Both the position numbers and the translations under genes were made by a program. Of a stretch of DNA of 64,000 nucleotides, positions 50,374 to 61,087 are shown in pieces. How positions within the stretch are numbered: position 1 is the first letter of the stretch; the number at the start of each line of letters is the position of its first letter. The DNA lies in NCBI GenBank assembly GCA_963799485.1, contig CAWCXJ010000007.1, positions 192,001 through 256,000 of the forward strand. Reading direction: 5' to 3'. This DNA is from an uncultured Trueperaceae bacterium (GTDB taxonomy: Bacteria > Deinococcota > Deinococci > Deinococcales > Trueperaceae). The notes beneath the pieces were generated by a model. That model was not told the origin of the DNA. It saw nothing but the letters and a program-made list of their open reading frames with translations, and made no database searches.

Positions 50374-51759
50374 GTGAACGTTTACGCGTATTTGGACGCG
50401 CACAAAGGCGAGGTTTTACAGGACGTACTCGAGTTTGCCGCCATCCCCAGCATCAGTACCGACGCAAGCTATAAGAATGAGGTGGCCCGCGCCGCGCGCT
50501 GGGTCGCGGCGCAGTTGACAAAGGCGGGGCCGCTCGAGACCGAAGTTTTTGAAACCGAAGGTCATCCTGTCGTCTACGCTGAATGGCTCGGCGCAGCGGG
50601 CCAACCCACCATTTTGGTTTACGCGCATTACGACGTGCAACCGCCCGACCCGCTCAAGAAGTGGACTTCGCCGCCGTTTACGCCAACCATCCGGGACGGG
50701 CGTATCTACGCGCGGGGCGTCTCCGACGACAAAGCGCCGCTGCTAACGACCATCAAAGTCGCGCAGGCGTTTTTTGCTACTAAAGGCCGCTTGCCGCTCA
50801 ACGTCAAGTTTTTGTTCGAGGGCGAAGAAGAGGTTAGTAGCCCAAACCTCGAGGGCTTTATTAAAGAACACGCCGAACGCCTCTAGGCAGATTTCGTCAT
50901 CTCCGCAGACGGGGCGATGTGGCGAGCTGACACGCCTTCTTTGAACGTCAGCAGCCGGGGTTTGGCTGCCCTGGAGTTTAGCGTTTACGGCCCCGGCAAA
51001 GACCTCCATTCAGGGCGGCACGGCGGCGGCGTTGCCAATCCGCTGCACGCTATGGCGAGCCTCGTTGCCAGTTTGCACGACGAAAATGGACGCGTCGCCG
51101 TAAAAGGGTTTTACGATGCGGTCGAAGAGCTGACCCCGGCAGAGCGTCAGGCGGTGGCAGCATTACCCTTTGACGAAGCTGCCTACCTGACTGAAGTCGG
51201 GAGTTCTGCACCTTACGGCGAGGCAGGCTATACGACGCTCGAGCGTGCTTGGCACCGGCCCACCTTAGAGGTCAACGGGTTGTGGGGTGGGTATCAGGGT
51301 GAGGGAAACAAAACCGTCATTCCGAGTGAGGCGCACGCCAAACTGACCTGTCGTTTGGTGCCGAAGCAAGACCCGCAAGACATCATGGAAAAAATCGTCA
51401 GGCACCTAGAGGCAAATTTGCCGGAAGGTGTCCGGTTAGAGGTCGGGGAGTCCGAACACGGGGCTGACGCGTACCGTTTACCCCTCGAGCATCCGGGATT
51501 ACGCGCTGCAAAAACGGTTTTACGCGACCTTTACGGCGTAGACCCGCTCCTCGTCGGCGTCGGTGGCACCGTGCCCGTTTGCGCGACCTTTCAGCGTTTG
51601 TTGGGTATGGACACGGTATTTTTTGCGTTCGGCGTCGGGGACGAAGATATCCATTCGCCTAACGAGTTTTTTAGAATCCCTCGGCTTTTTGAGGGTTTAC
51701 ATGCGTGGGCAGGGTTGTGGGAACGTTTAGGAGAGGTATGCGTGCGTACAAAGATTTAA
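50374..51759 (+). pseudogene. M20 family dipeptidase interrupted by one in-frame TAG (50884-50886)
   Basis: YAHYDVQP, ARG.SDDK, EGEEE before the stop; DLHSG, RPTLEVNG, HSPNE after it in the same frame. Confidence 0.85.
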
Positions 51760-53255
51760 CAGGACAAGTGGCTCAGGTTAACGATATTCTGAACGCCATT
51801 TCCGTCTTAAGCTGGGACGCCCGGACGCAGATGCCGCCCGGCGGTGCCCAGACTCGAGGCGAACAGTTAGCGACGCTCGCAAGCCTCGCCCAAGAGCGTT
51901 TGACGAGTAGCGCACTTAAAGCGGCGTTGGAAGAGGCCGAAGAAAATCCAGCCGACGACATCACTCAGCAACGCACCGTGCAGAGCGTTCGCGAGGCGGT
52001 AGACCTGTTTGGGCGTATTCCACCGACGCTCACCGCCGACCTCGCCCGCGCGAAAAGTGTGTCGCAAGAGGTCTGGGCCGAAGCGCGTAAAACCTCGAAC
52101 TTCAACTTGTTTGCTCCGTGTCTAACGCAAATGGTCGAACTCAATCAGCGGCTTGCCGAGGCCATCGGCTACCGCGAGCATCCTTACGACGCGCTTTTAC
52201 AACAGTACGAACCGGGCCTCACCGCACGCACGCTCGCCGACCTGTTCGGCTCGCTTAAAGCGGGCATCCTGCCGCTGCTAGCGGCGATTCGCTCACGTGA
52301 CGAACCACGCTGGGATTTTTTGACTTACGATTTTCCCGAAACGCAGCAGCGCTCCTTTAACGTTTACGCCGCCGAACTGTTCGGTTACGACTTTACGCGC
52401 GGACGGCTCGACGTGTCCGCGCACCCCTTTGAAATCTCGTTGACCCGGCAAGACGTCCGCATCACCACGCGTTACGAGCGCCGCTACCTGCCCATGAGCC
52501 TGTTCGGGACGCTGCACGAAGTCGGGCACGCACTCTATGAGCAGGGGGTCGCGCCGGAGCTGACCCGAAGCGCGCTCACCAGCGACTTTGCGGGGCTTTA
52601 CGCCGTGGGCGGCGCAAGTTACGGCACGCACGAATCGCAGTCGCGCTTGTGGGAAAACCTGGTCGGGCGCTCGCTCCCCTTCTGGGAGCGGCACTTTGCC
52701 GAGTTGCAGCGGGTGTTTCCAGAACAACTCGGGGACGTAGACATCACCGCCTTTTACCGCGCCGTCAACCGTGTATCGCCGAGCCTCATCCGGGTCGAGG
52801 CCGACGAAGTGACCTACAACCTGCACATCATGCTGCGGGTCGAGCTCGAGACCGCTCTCCTAGAGGGCACGCTCAACGTGACCGACCTGCCCGAAGCGTG
52901 GAACGCCAAAGTAAACGAGTACCTGGGATTGACGCCACCGGGCGACGCTTTTGGCGTGTTGCAAGATATCCACTGGTCGGCGGGGCTGTTCGGCTCGTTT
53001 CCTACCTACACGGTCGGGAACGTGATGGCGTCGCAATTTTTTACGGCGGCGAAAGCGCAGGTTACAGACCTGGACAACGCTTTGGCGGCAGGTAACTACA
53101 CGCCGCTGCGGGGTTGGCTGACCGAAAACATTTACCGGTTTGGGCGCACCTACACGCCGCACGAACTGCTAGAACGCGCCACCGGTCGGGGACTGGAGGT
53201 TACGCCTTACCTCGCGTACCTGAGCAGCAAATACCGTGAGCTGTATGACCTCTGA
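51738..53255 (+). CDS. M32 family carboxypeptidase (Taq-like)
   Basis: WD..T.MP, HPF, HEVGHALYE, HESQSR, IRVEADE, QDIHW. Confidence 0.94.
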   Translation: MRAYKDLTGQVAQVNDILNAISVLSWDARTQMPPGGAQTRGEQLATLASLAQERLTSSALKAALEEAEENPADDITQQRTVQSVREAVDLFGRIPPTLTADLARAKSVSQEVWAEARKTSNFNLFAPCLTQMVELNQRLAEAIGYREHPYDALLQQYEPGLTARTLADLFGSLKAGILPLLAAIRSRDEPRWDFLTYDFPETQQRSFNVYAAELFGYDFTRGRLDVSAHPFEISLTRQDVRITTRYERRYLPMSLFGTLHEVGHALYEQGVAPELTRSALTSDFAGLYAVGGASYGTHESQSRLWENLVGRSLPFWERHFAELQRVFPEQLGDVDITAFYRAVNRVSPSLIRVEADEVTYNLHIMLRVELETALLEGTLNVTDLPEAWNAKVNEYLGLTPPGDAFGVLQDIHWSAGLFGSFPTYTVGNVMASQFFTAAKAQVTDLDNALAAGNYTPLRGWLTENIYRFGRTYTPHELLERATGRGLEVTPYLAYLSSKYRELYDL

Positions 53256-53797
53256 GTTGGCAACCTTAAAAGCTGCTCGGTCAGGACAGTCTAACATGCG
53301 ACTTAAGCGACGCCGACGACGCGGTGATGGTGTTCCCGATGACGTTCTCTTGGCGTAGCATCCCGACTCCGTTTTACGGCCCCGCCCACACCGTCCACGC
53401 CCCACAAGGCGATTTAGACGCGGTTTATGAGGGGCTTGACACCGTAAAACCCGGTTGGGTGCTCGTCGTTGAGGCCGGTGGCGTTGACCGGGCCGTGTGG
53501 GGTGAAACCACCGCGCGGGCGGCGCTCGGCCGGGGCGTCGTCGGGGTCGTCATCGACGGCGCTTGTCGGGATGTTCCGGCGGTGAAAGCGTCGGGGTTGC
53601 CGGTCGTGGCGCGGGGCGTCCTCAAACGGGCGCTGCGGACGGGGCGGGGGGCGATGGGGCGGCGGCTCGAGTTTTACGGCGTTACGGTCTGCCCCGGCGA
53701 CCTGATTGTCAGCGATGAAAACGGCACGGTCGCCTTGCTGCAAGCACATATAGACGTTGTAGTTGACAAAATTGCAAAAGCATCCAAGGAGCGTTGA
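53245..53797 (+). pseudogene. RraA/HMG-aldolase family, apparently frameshifted at 5' end
   Basis: AVWGE, GVVIDGACRD, V.PGDLIV.DE.G; likely ATG 53245 is out of frame with the domain. Confidence 0.7.
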
Positions 53798-53798
53798 T

Positions 53799-54532
53799 AT
53801 GGATTTAACGGGTAAAGTTGCGGTGATTACCGGCGCGTCGTCAGGGATCGGTGAGGCGACGGCCTTGGCTTTAGCGCCAGCGGGCGTAAAACTTGTGCTT
53901 GTAGCGCGGCGTGAAGCGAGGCTCTCGCTCAAAAGATTAGAGAAACGGACGCTGAGGCCGTTGTCTTCGCCGCCGACCTAAGGGGCGCGGACGAGGCCGA
54001 AGCGTGTATTGAAAAAGCGCGCGAGGCATTTGGCCGGATCGACATTCTGGTCAACAATGCCGGAGCTATGCTTCTGTCCCCCATCGAGCGCGCTGCGCCG
54101 CGTGACTGGCAGCGCATGATCGAGATCAACCTGCTCAGTTTGATGTACACCTCGCGGGCGGCGCTCATCAAGATGCGCGCGCAAGGTTCGGGGCATATCG
54201 TCAACATCTCGTCGGTGGCGGGGCGGAGCGCCGGGCCGACGGCGGGCGGCTACAACGCCAGTAAGTAGGGCGTCAACGGCTTTAGTGAAGCCCTCCGCCG
54301 CGAAGCGCACGGGGACGGCGTCCGAGTGACCGTGATTGAACCGGGGGTCGTCGCCACCGAGCTGACCGACCATATTCCTGACGAGGAGACGCGGACGAAT
54401 TACGAGGCGCGGGTGGGCGAGATAGAACCGCTCACGCGTGAAGACGTCGCTGCGGCTATCTTCTACGCCGTAACGCAGCCGCGCCGGGTCAATGTCAACG
54501 AGATTTTGATCCGACCGCTCGACCAGGCTTGA
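53799..54532 (+). pseudogene. SDR oxidoreductase pseudogene
   Basis: ITGASSGIG; frameshift near 53930; NNAG; YNASK then TAG at 54266; C-terminal VNEILIRP. Confidence 0.85.
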
Positions 54533-54638
54533 CCATCTGCACCGTCTACCTAAAGCAGAAGCTCGAGTGGTAGAAGTTGGCAGTTTTGACTACCAACCTG
54601 ACGCTCACTCCACAAAGGCGGGTGAATAGATTGTAGAG

Positions 54639-54667
54639 TTGACGAAATAAAATTCACGTATTACGAT
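54639..54667 (+). promoter_or_regulatory. Promoter for IclR/ABC operon 2
   Basis: TTGACG-17-TACGAT in AT-rich patch. Confidence 0.6.
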
Positions 54668-54683
54668 ATAAAACAGTATTGCT

Positions 54684-55511
54684 GTGCAAAACATTATCGC
54701 TATGCAAAACGTTGCCCGAGACCTCCCCACCGATACGGCTGACAACCGCTACGTTATCGCGTCGGCGTACCGTACCCTCGAGATTTTACGGGCGTTCAGC
54801 ACGCCGCCCCACCGCTTTTCACTGGCAGAGCTTACAGGTGTGCTGGCGCTGGATAAAGGCCAAACCTACCGCTCGCTAAAAACGCTCGAGGAGGCTGGCT
54901 TTTTACGCTACAACGACGATGGTCGCTTTTCGCTTACGCCACTTCTCAATGTTCTAAGCGTCGCCGCGATTGGCGCTCAGAGCGCGTCCCTTGCTGAGCT
55001 GGCCGCGCCTTACCTCAACCATTTGGCAAGCGAAACGGGCGAATCCGTTCACCTTTTTGCGCTAGTAGACGACCAGGCCGTATGCGTCGGTATCCGCGAG
55101 AGCAAGCACCCGGTGCGGCTGAGCGCCGCGCTAGGGGCAACTGCGCCGCTGCACGCGGGCGCCTCACCCAAGGCGATGCTCGCCTTTTTGCCCGCCGCTG
55201 AGCAGGAACGCGTCTTGTCCGAGCTTCCCAACTATCCTAAATACACCGAGCAAACACTGCTAGACGCTGACACGCTGCGTAAGGCGTTAGAAAAAATCTG
55301 CACCCAGGGTTACGCCGTCAGCGATGAAGACGTGGACGCCGGGGCGAGGGGCGTCGGCGCACCCATTTTCGACCTGACAGGCTCAGTTGTCGGGGCAATC
55401 AGTGTTGGGGGGCCGGCGTACCGCGTTGACGACACGACCCTCTACACGTTCAGCGGACTCATTGTCCAGAGTGCCCAAGCGATCTCGCGACAGCTTGGGT
55501 ACGCCGGGTGA
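54684..55511 (+). CDS. IclR-family transcriptional regulator
   Basis: N-terminal HTH, TGESV.L, PLHAGA..KA.LA, GYAVS, GAISVGGP; start may be 54702. Confidence 0.92.
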   Translation: MQNIIAMQNVARDLPTDTADNRYVIASAYRTLEILRAFSTPPHRFSLAELTGVLALDKGQTYRSLKTLEEAGFLRYNDDGRFSLTPLLNVLSVAAIGAQSASLAELAAPYLNHLASETGESVHLFALVDDQAVCVGIRESKHPVRLSAALGATAPLHAGASPKAMLAFLPAAEQERVLSELPNYPKYTEQTLLDADTLRKALEKICTQGYAVSDEDVDAGARGVGAPIFDLTGSVVGAISVGGPAYRVDDTTLYTFSGLIVQSAQAISRQLGYAG

Positions 55512-55528
55512 GAGAAAAGGAGAGCATT

Positions 55529-57121
55529 ATGACAGGAAAGCTACGCAGTTTCGGTCTAGTCGTTCTTGTTGGTTTGTTTGGCGCGGTGCAGATTGCAGGG
55601 GCGCAAGAGGATTACGACCCTAACGCGACGCTGACTTTGGCCACCAACGCCGACCCGACTATCAACCCGTGGACACCCGGCGCAGTCGTCGAGTCTAACC
55701 TGATCAACACGCTCGTCTTTGACCAGCTCGTGCGCTACAGCAAAGAGGATTTAGCCCCTTCGCCTGGTCTGGCGAGTAGCTGGGAAGCCGCGCCCGACGG
55801 ACTTTCGTGGACGTTTACGCTGCGCAAGGGCGTAACCTGGCAAGACGGCGAGCCTTTTACGGCGGATGATGTCGCGTTTACCTTTAACGACGTAGTGCTT
55901 AAAGACGACCTCGCAGCCAACAACGCCAGCAGCTTCGGCCCGGTCGAACGTGTCGAGGTCGTCGATAAGGCGACGGTGCGCTTTGTCCTGAACGAGCCGT
56001 TCTCGGCGCTGCCTTACTACCTCGCGTATTACGCAGGCATCTTGCCGGAACACCTCTTGGGTGAGGCGGAAAATCCTCTATCGGTGGCATCTTTTAATAA
56101 ACAAACGCCAATAGGAACCGGAGCCTTCCAGGTTGCCGAGTTTGTACCGGGGTCGTATGTACGGCTCGAGCGCAACCCCTCGTACTGGGGCGGCGAGCCG
56201 AAAGTCGGCAGTATCGTTTTTAGCATCGTGCCCGACCCCAACACGCAGCTCGCGCAGGTTTTAGGCGGTGAGCTCGATATGGTGAGCGTCGGCAACCCGG
56301 CGCTGCTCGCAGGCGTCGAAAACAGTCCGAACCTGGAGATCATCCGCCAGAGCCAGAATGTCTATTACTTCGTCGCGCTCAACCAAACCGACCCGCGTTT
56401 TCAAGACGCTAGGGTACGTCAAGCGCTTCTATACGCTATCAACCGTCCGGCCATTATCGATTCGGTGCTTAAAGGTTACGGTCAGATTGCGACCGGGCCG
56501 ATTGCCCCGCTCCAGGGGACGCTTTACGACAGTGAGGTACCGGATTATCCGTTCGACCCGGCAAAGGCCAAAGAACTTCTCGCTGAAGCCGGCTGGACGC
56601 CCGGCCCGGATGGAGTTTTAGCGAAAGACGGTGAACCGCTCAAGATTTCGATGCCGACAGGTCAGTTCGGCTATTTGGTACCCGCGACGCTGCTCGTACA
56701 GCAGTACTGGAAAGACATCGGCGTGCAGGTAGACGTGCAGGTACTCGAGTGGAACGCCTACATTCAGCAGATGTTCGTCAACCGGCAGTATGAGGCGACA
56801 TTGGCATGGTGGAGTACCCCGCCGACCCCGGACGTGACGCCTTACTACGCCTCCACAGCTGCTGAAACAGGGCAAAACATTCCGGGCTACAAAGACCCCA
56901 AGTTAGACAAAATCTTGGCAGCAGGCCGTAAAGCGACAAGTGAGGCCGCACAGGTCAAGACTTACGGCGAGATGCAGGAATATCTGGCCGAACAGTTGCC
57001 TTACCTCTACCTCTGGTATCCCGACATCATCTCGGTTCGGAACGTAAAAATCGGGGGAATGCCCGACCTCAACAGTGCCGTTGCCTTTCAGTACGCCTCC
57101 GAGTGGTACGTTTCACGCTGA
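55529..57121 (+). CDS. Peptide-type ABC substrate-binding protein (family 5)
   Basis: PGLA.SW, W.DGEPFTADDVAFT, PIGTG.F, VRQAL.YAI. Confidence 0.92.
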   Translation: MTGKLRSFGLVVLVGLFGAVQIAGAQEDYDPNATLTLATNADPTINPWTPGAVVESNLINTLVFDQLVRYSKEDLAPSPGLASSWEAAPDGLSWTFTLRKGVTWQDGEPFTADDVAFTFNDVVLKDDLAANNASSFGPVERVEVVDKATVRFVLNEPFSALPYYLAYYAGILPEHLLGEAENPLSVASFNKQTPIGTGAFQVAEFVPGSYVRLERNPSYWGGEPKVGSIVFSIVPDPNTQLAQVLGGELDMVSVGNPALLAGVENSPNLEIIRQSQNVYYFVALNQTDPRFQDARVRQALLYAINRPAIIDSVLKGYGQIATGPIAPLQGTLYDSEVPDYPFDPAKAKELLAEAGWTPGPDGVLAKDGEPLKISMPTGQFGYLVPATLLVQQYWKDIGVQVDVQVLEWNAYIQQMFVNRQYEATLAWWSTPPTPDVTPYYASTAAETGQNIPGYKDPKLDKILAAGRKATSEAAQVKTYGEMQEYLAEQLPYLYLWYPDIISVRNVKIGGMPDLNSAVAFQYASEWYVSR

Positions 57122-57144
57122 AGCACTAGAACGGGAGGACGAGG

Positions 57145-58092
57145 ATGGGGACATTTGTGCTTCGCCGAGCGCTACAAGGTGTGTTGGTTTTGCTGCTAGC
57201 TTCGGCGTTTACCTTTTTCCTTGTCAACCTCGCACCGGGCGGGCCTTCGGCGGCGGTAAGTTTGGAGCGCACCGCCGCCGAACGTGAGGCGCTCTACCGC
57301 CAATACGGGCTCGACAAACCTGTTGCCGTGCGCTACCTCATCTGGTTGGGCGGTATTGCTCGCGGCGACCTCGGCACGTCGCTCAACCAGGGATTACCTG
57401 TCGGCGGTCTATTGTTCCAACGTCTGGGCAACACCTTGCAACTCGCGCTAAGCGCCCTTTTCCTGACGGCACTTCTCGGCGTCGCGCTCGGCGTTCTAGC
57501 CGCCGTCACACAAAACCGCTTGCCCGACCACCTCATCAGCAGCGTCGCGACGCTCGGGATGTCGGTGCCGGGGTTTTGGCTGGGAATTGTCGGGATCATC
57601 TTGTTTTCAGTGAAGCTCGACTGGTTGCCTTCGTCGGGTATCGCAAGTGTCGGCGTGCCGTTTTCACTGCTCGACCGAGTGCAGCATTTGGTTTTGCCTG
57701 CGGGCGTCTTGGCGTTTACGCTCCTACCCAACGTTATCCGGGTCGCTCGCTCGGCGATGCTCGAGGTCTTACGTTCCGATTATGTCCGCACCGCCAAAGC
57801 CAAAGGTCTGCCGGAGCGGTCGGTGCTTCTCAAACACACCTTCAAAAACGCGTTAGTCCCCGTGATTGCGATCCTCGGACTTATTACCACCGTGCTCTTT
57901 TCGGGTTCGGTCGTGATTGAAAGCGTATTCAGCTGGCCGGGACTCGGGCGGCTCGCCATTGAGGCGGCAAATGGACGTGACTACCCGGTCATTTTAGGTG
58001 TGACGCTCGTCGCTGGCACGATTGTCATCGTTATCAATCTGCTTGTCGATATTCTCTACGCCGCCGTCGATCCCAGGATCAGCTATGACTAG
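57145..58092 (+). CDS. ABC permease (DppB/OppB-like)
   Basis: APGGP, DYVRTAKAKGL, ESVFSWPG.G. Confidence 0.92.
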   Translation: MGTFVLRRALQGVLVLLLASAFTFFLVNLAPGGPSAAVSLERTAAEREALYRQYGLDKPVAVRYLIWLGGIARGDLGTSLNQGLPVGGLLFQRLGNTLQLALSALFLTALLGVALGVLAAVTQNRLPDHLISSVATLGMSVPGFWLGIVGIILFSVKLDWLPSSGIASVGVPFSLLDRVQHLVLPAGVLAFTLLPNVIRVARSAMLEVLRSDYVRTAKAKGLPERSVLLKHTFKNALVPVIAILGLITTVLFSGSVVIESVFSWPGLGRLAIEAANGRDYPVILGVTLVAGTIVIVINLLVDILYAAVDPRISYD

Positions 58093-58942
58093 CGCTGTTG
58101 CTGCGCCGCGCACGCAACGCTCCCGGGTCTTGCGTAACTTGCGCCGCCATCCGGTCGGGCTCACGGCCTTTGTGATTCTCGTTTTGCTCTATCTGGCTGT
58201 CATCATCGGGCCGATTGTGTATCCCCTGTCGCCGGAAGCGACCGACGCGCTCAACGTCCTCGCTCCGCCGAGTGCCGCGCACCCGCTGGGAACTGACGAG
58301 TTGGGGCGAGACATCGTCTCGAGGCTCCTACACGGCGGGCGCATCTCGCTCAGTGTAGGGCTGCTGTCCATGCTCGTCGGGCTGACGTTGGGGCTCATCG
58401 TCGGCGGTACTGCGGGCTACTTCAGAGGCCGCGTCGAAGGGGTGCTCATGCGCCTTGTAGACATGTTCATGGCCATTCCCAGCTTTTTTCTGCTACTGGT
58501 AATCGTCACCGTTTTCGGCAGCCATCCGCTGACGATCATCATCACCGTAGGCCTGGGGTTCTGGGCACAGATGGCGCGGGTCGTTTACGCCGAGTTTACC
58601 AGCTACCGGGGGCGCGATTTTATCGAAGCGATGCACTCGTTGGGCGCGTCGCATCTGCGCATCATGGTGCGTCATATCTTGCCTCAGGTTGCGCCGCAGG
58701 CCATCGTCTTGGCAACGTTAGGAGTAGGTTGGGCCATTCTGAGTGAAGCTGCCCTCAGCTATATCGGTTTGGGGATTCAACCACCTTTGGCGTCTTGGGG
58801 GAACATGCTGCAAAACGCGCAAGCTTACCTCTACATCAATCCGCTGCTGGCGGTTTATCCGGGGCTCTGCATCGCCGGTGCGGTTTTGGTCTTCAACTTG
58901 ACCGGTAACGCGCTCCGGGACATCTTGGATCCCAGAGCGTGA
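58085..58942 (+). CDS. ABC permease (DppC/OppC-like)
   Basis: HPLGTDELGRD, RHILP, PP..SWG.ML. Confidence 0.92.
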   Translation: MTSAVAAPRTQRSRVLRNLRRHPVGLTAFVILVLLYLAVIIGPIVYPLSPEATDALNVLAPPSAAHPLGTDELGRDIVSRLLHGGRISLSVGLLSMLVGLTLGLIVGGTAGYFRGRVEGVLMRLVDMFMAIPSFFLLLVIVTVFGSHPLTIIITVGLGFWAQMARVVYAEFTSYRGRDFIEAMHSLGASHLRIMVRHILPQVAPQAIVLATLGVGWAILSEAALSYIGLGIQPPLASWGNMLQNAQAYLYINPLLAVYPGLCIAGAVLVFNLTGNALRDILDPRA

Positions 58943-59051
58943 TCGAGATGTCTTTTACGCTCCTCTCGAGCCGCCGCATTCTCGCACGCGCACCCCGCCA
59001 CCGCCCTTTGTTGCACCTTAATCCCGTTCCGCTTTTACCAGGAGACTCTTA

Positions 59052-60254
59052 ATGCAAAACAAACGTTACAGCGGCTATAAATCGTTCGATTACCTCGAGC
59101 CCGGCACAGACTATAAAGCGTTTAAGCTGGCTAAAGAACTGAACCGGGTGCCGAGCATGAAAGTGCCCACGACCACTGAGCAAGAGGCGCGGGTCAAAAG
59201 CCTGTTTGAAAACACGCTGATGGTTTCCCTACATGATCACTGCTTCGTCGCACCGGACAACCTAAACGAGTTCTTCGAGTTTCGTCGTTGGGGGCGCGAT
59301 ACGACGAGCTACGAAGGTTTGAGCGTCAGTGGCCTCGACGCCGTGTTCGACAACCTGATGAACGGTACCGCCATGATCACCTCGAGGGGTGGCTGGAAGT
59401 GGGACGACATCATCTTTGATCTCGGCATTCGGCTCTCGGACATTGCGCATCAAGAGCTGGTCGTTTTGGCGACGACAACAGAAGATATTATCCGCGCCAA
59501 ACAAAACGGACAGGTTGCTTTTGTGGTGTCCTTAGAGGGCGCAGCGATGATCGAAAACGAACTCGACCGCATCGACATCCTTTACGGTTTGGGGGTTCGC
59601 TGTTTGGGTATCGCCTACAGTGAAGCCAACGCACTCGGCAGCGGCTTAAAAGAGCCGCACGACGGCGGGCTGACGACCTTTGGCCGTCAAGCCGTAAAAC
59701 GCATGAACAAGCTGGGGATGGCCATCGACGTGTCGCACTCGGGCGACCGGACTTCGGTGGACACCATCGAGGCGAGCGATAAACCCATTTTTATCACCCA
59801 CGCGGGCGCAAGGGCGTTGTGGAATTCAAATCGCCTCAAACCCGACGAGGTGATCCGCGCCTGCGCCGACAAGGGTGGCGTCATCGGCATCGAGGCCGCA
59901 CCCCACACGACGATTACCAAGAACAACCCGCGTCACTCGATCGAATCGTTTATGGAGCACTTCGAGTATTGCGCCGAACTCGTCGGCATCGACCACGTAG
60001 CATTCGGGCCGGACGCCTTATTCGGCGATCACGTCGGGCTGCACCATACGCTTGCCGACGCGCTGTCGATCGGGGCGTCGCGTGGCACGCTGCCTTATCC
60101 CGAAGTCGAATGGGTAGACGGCCTCGAAAGCCCCGCGGAAGCGTTTCCCAACATCGTCCGCTGGCTCGTGACGCACGGTTACAGCGACGAAGATATCGCC
60201 AAGGCAGTCGGTGGCAACGTCATGCGGGTACTTAAAGCGGCGTGGGTTCGGTGA
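59052..60254 (+). CDS. M19 membrane-dipeptidase family amidohydrolase
   Basis: H.H, SLEG, GLT..G..V..MN.LG..IDVSH, THA, HV.FG.D, GGN..RV. Confidence 0.9.
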   Translation: MQNKRYSGYKSFDYLEPGTDYKAFKLAKELNRVPSMKVPTTTEQEARVKSLFENTLMVSLHDHCFVAPDNLNEFFEFRRWGRDTTSYEGLSVSGLDAVFDNLMNGTAMITSRGGWKWDDIIFDLGIRLSDIAHQELVVLATTTEDIIRAKQNGQVAFVVSLEGAAMIENELDRIDILYGLGVRCLGIAYSEANALGSGLKEPHDGGLTTFGRQAVKRMNKLGMAIDVSHSGDRTSVDTIEASDKPIFITHAGARALWNSNRLKPDEVIRACADKGGVIGIEAAPHTTITKNNPRHSIESFMEHFEYCAELVGIDHVAFGPDALFGDHVGLHHTLADALSIGASRGTLPYPEVEWVDGLESPAEAFPNIVRWLVTHGYSDEDIAKAVGGNVMRVLKAAWVR

Positions 60255-61087
60255 GCCGAACCGTTCACGTCAACGGCGTTTCGCTGACCTACGATGAGGC
60301 GGGGCGCGGCGTCGCCTTTGTCACGCTCCACGGCGGGCCAGGGATGGGGAACCGCAAGGGAGACTGGAACACGTTCCAGCCGCTGACTGACACGTATAGG
60401 CTTGTCAGCTACGACCAGCGGGGCAACGGTGAGTCCGATGGGGGAGAACCTTATTCGCACGCACAGTTCGTCGCCGACCTCGAGGCCCTGCGCCAAGCGC
60501 TAGACCTGGGCAAAATGATTTTACTGGGCGGCTCTTACGGGGGCTATATCGCGCTCGAGTACGCCCTCCGGCATCAAGACAACCTGCACGCCCTCATCCT
60601 GCGTGATACCGCTGCCAACAACCACTACCAGGACACGAGTATGCAGCGTGCCCTCGAGAGTGAATTTCCAATGGACAAGGTGCGGCTCGCGCGCCTCTTT
60701 GCCGGTCACGTCGAGAGCAACGCGGAGTTTTTGGAGAGCTACAAGATGATTCAACCGCTTTACAACGTTACGCATGACCCTGCTAAGGACGCCGAACGGC
60801 TCGCCCAGATTCCTTTTAGATATAAAACGCACAACTACGCCTTCAGCCGCAACCAGGCCGACTTCGACATTACCGAAGCGTTACGCGAGGTTCAGACGCC
60901 GACGCTGGTCACGGTCGGACGCTTTGATTGGATTACGCCGTTAGAAGCGAGCGAAGAGTTAGCCGAAGTGTTGCCGAACAGTGAACTCGTTGTGTTTGAA
61001 AACAGTGGGCATTCACCGCAGCTCGAGGAGCGTGAGCGCTATCTAAGCGTGGTGCGAGACTTTTTAGCGCAGCATATCAGAGCATGA
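60251..61087 (+). CDS. Alpha/beta hydrolase (proline iminopeptidase-like)
   Basis: LHGGPG, YDQRG.G.S, GGSYGG, G..D, SGH. Confidence 0.88.
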   Translation: MSRTVHVNGVSLTYDEAGRGVAFVTLHGGPGMGNRKGDWNTFQPLTDTYRLVSYDQRGNGESDGGEPYSHAQFVADLEALRQALDLGKMILLGGSYGGYIALEYALRHQDNLHALILRDTAANNHYQDTSMQRALESEFPMDKVRLARLFAGHVESNAEFLESYKMIQPLYNVTHDPAKDAERLAQIPFRYKTHNYAFSRNQADFDITEALREVQTPTLVTVGRFDWITPLEASEELAEVLPNSELVVFENSGHSPQLEERERYLSVVRDFLAQHIRA

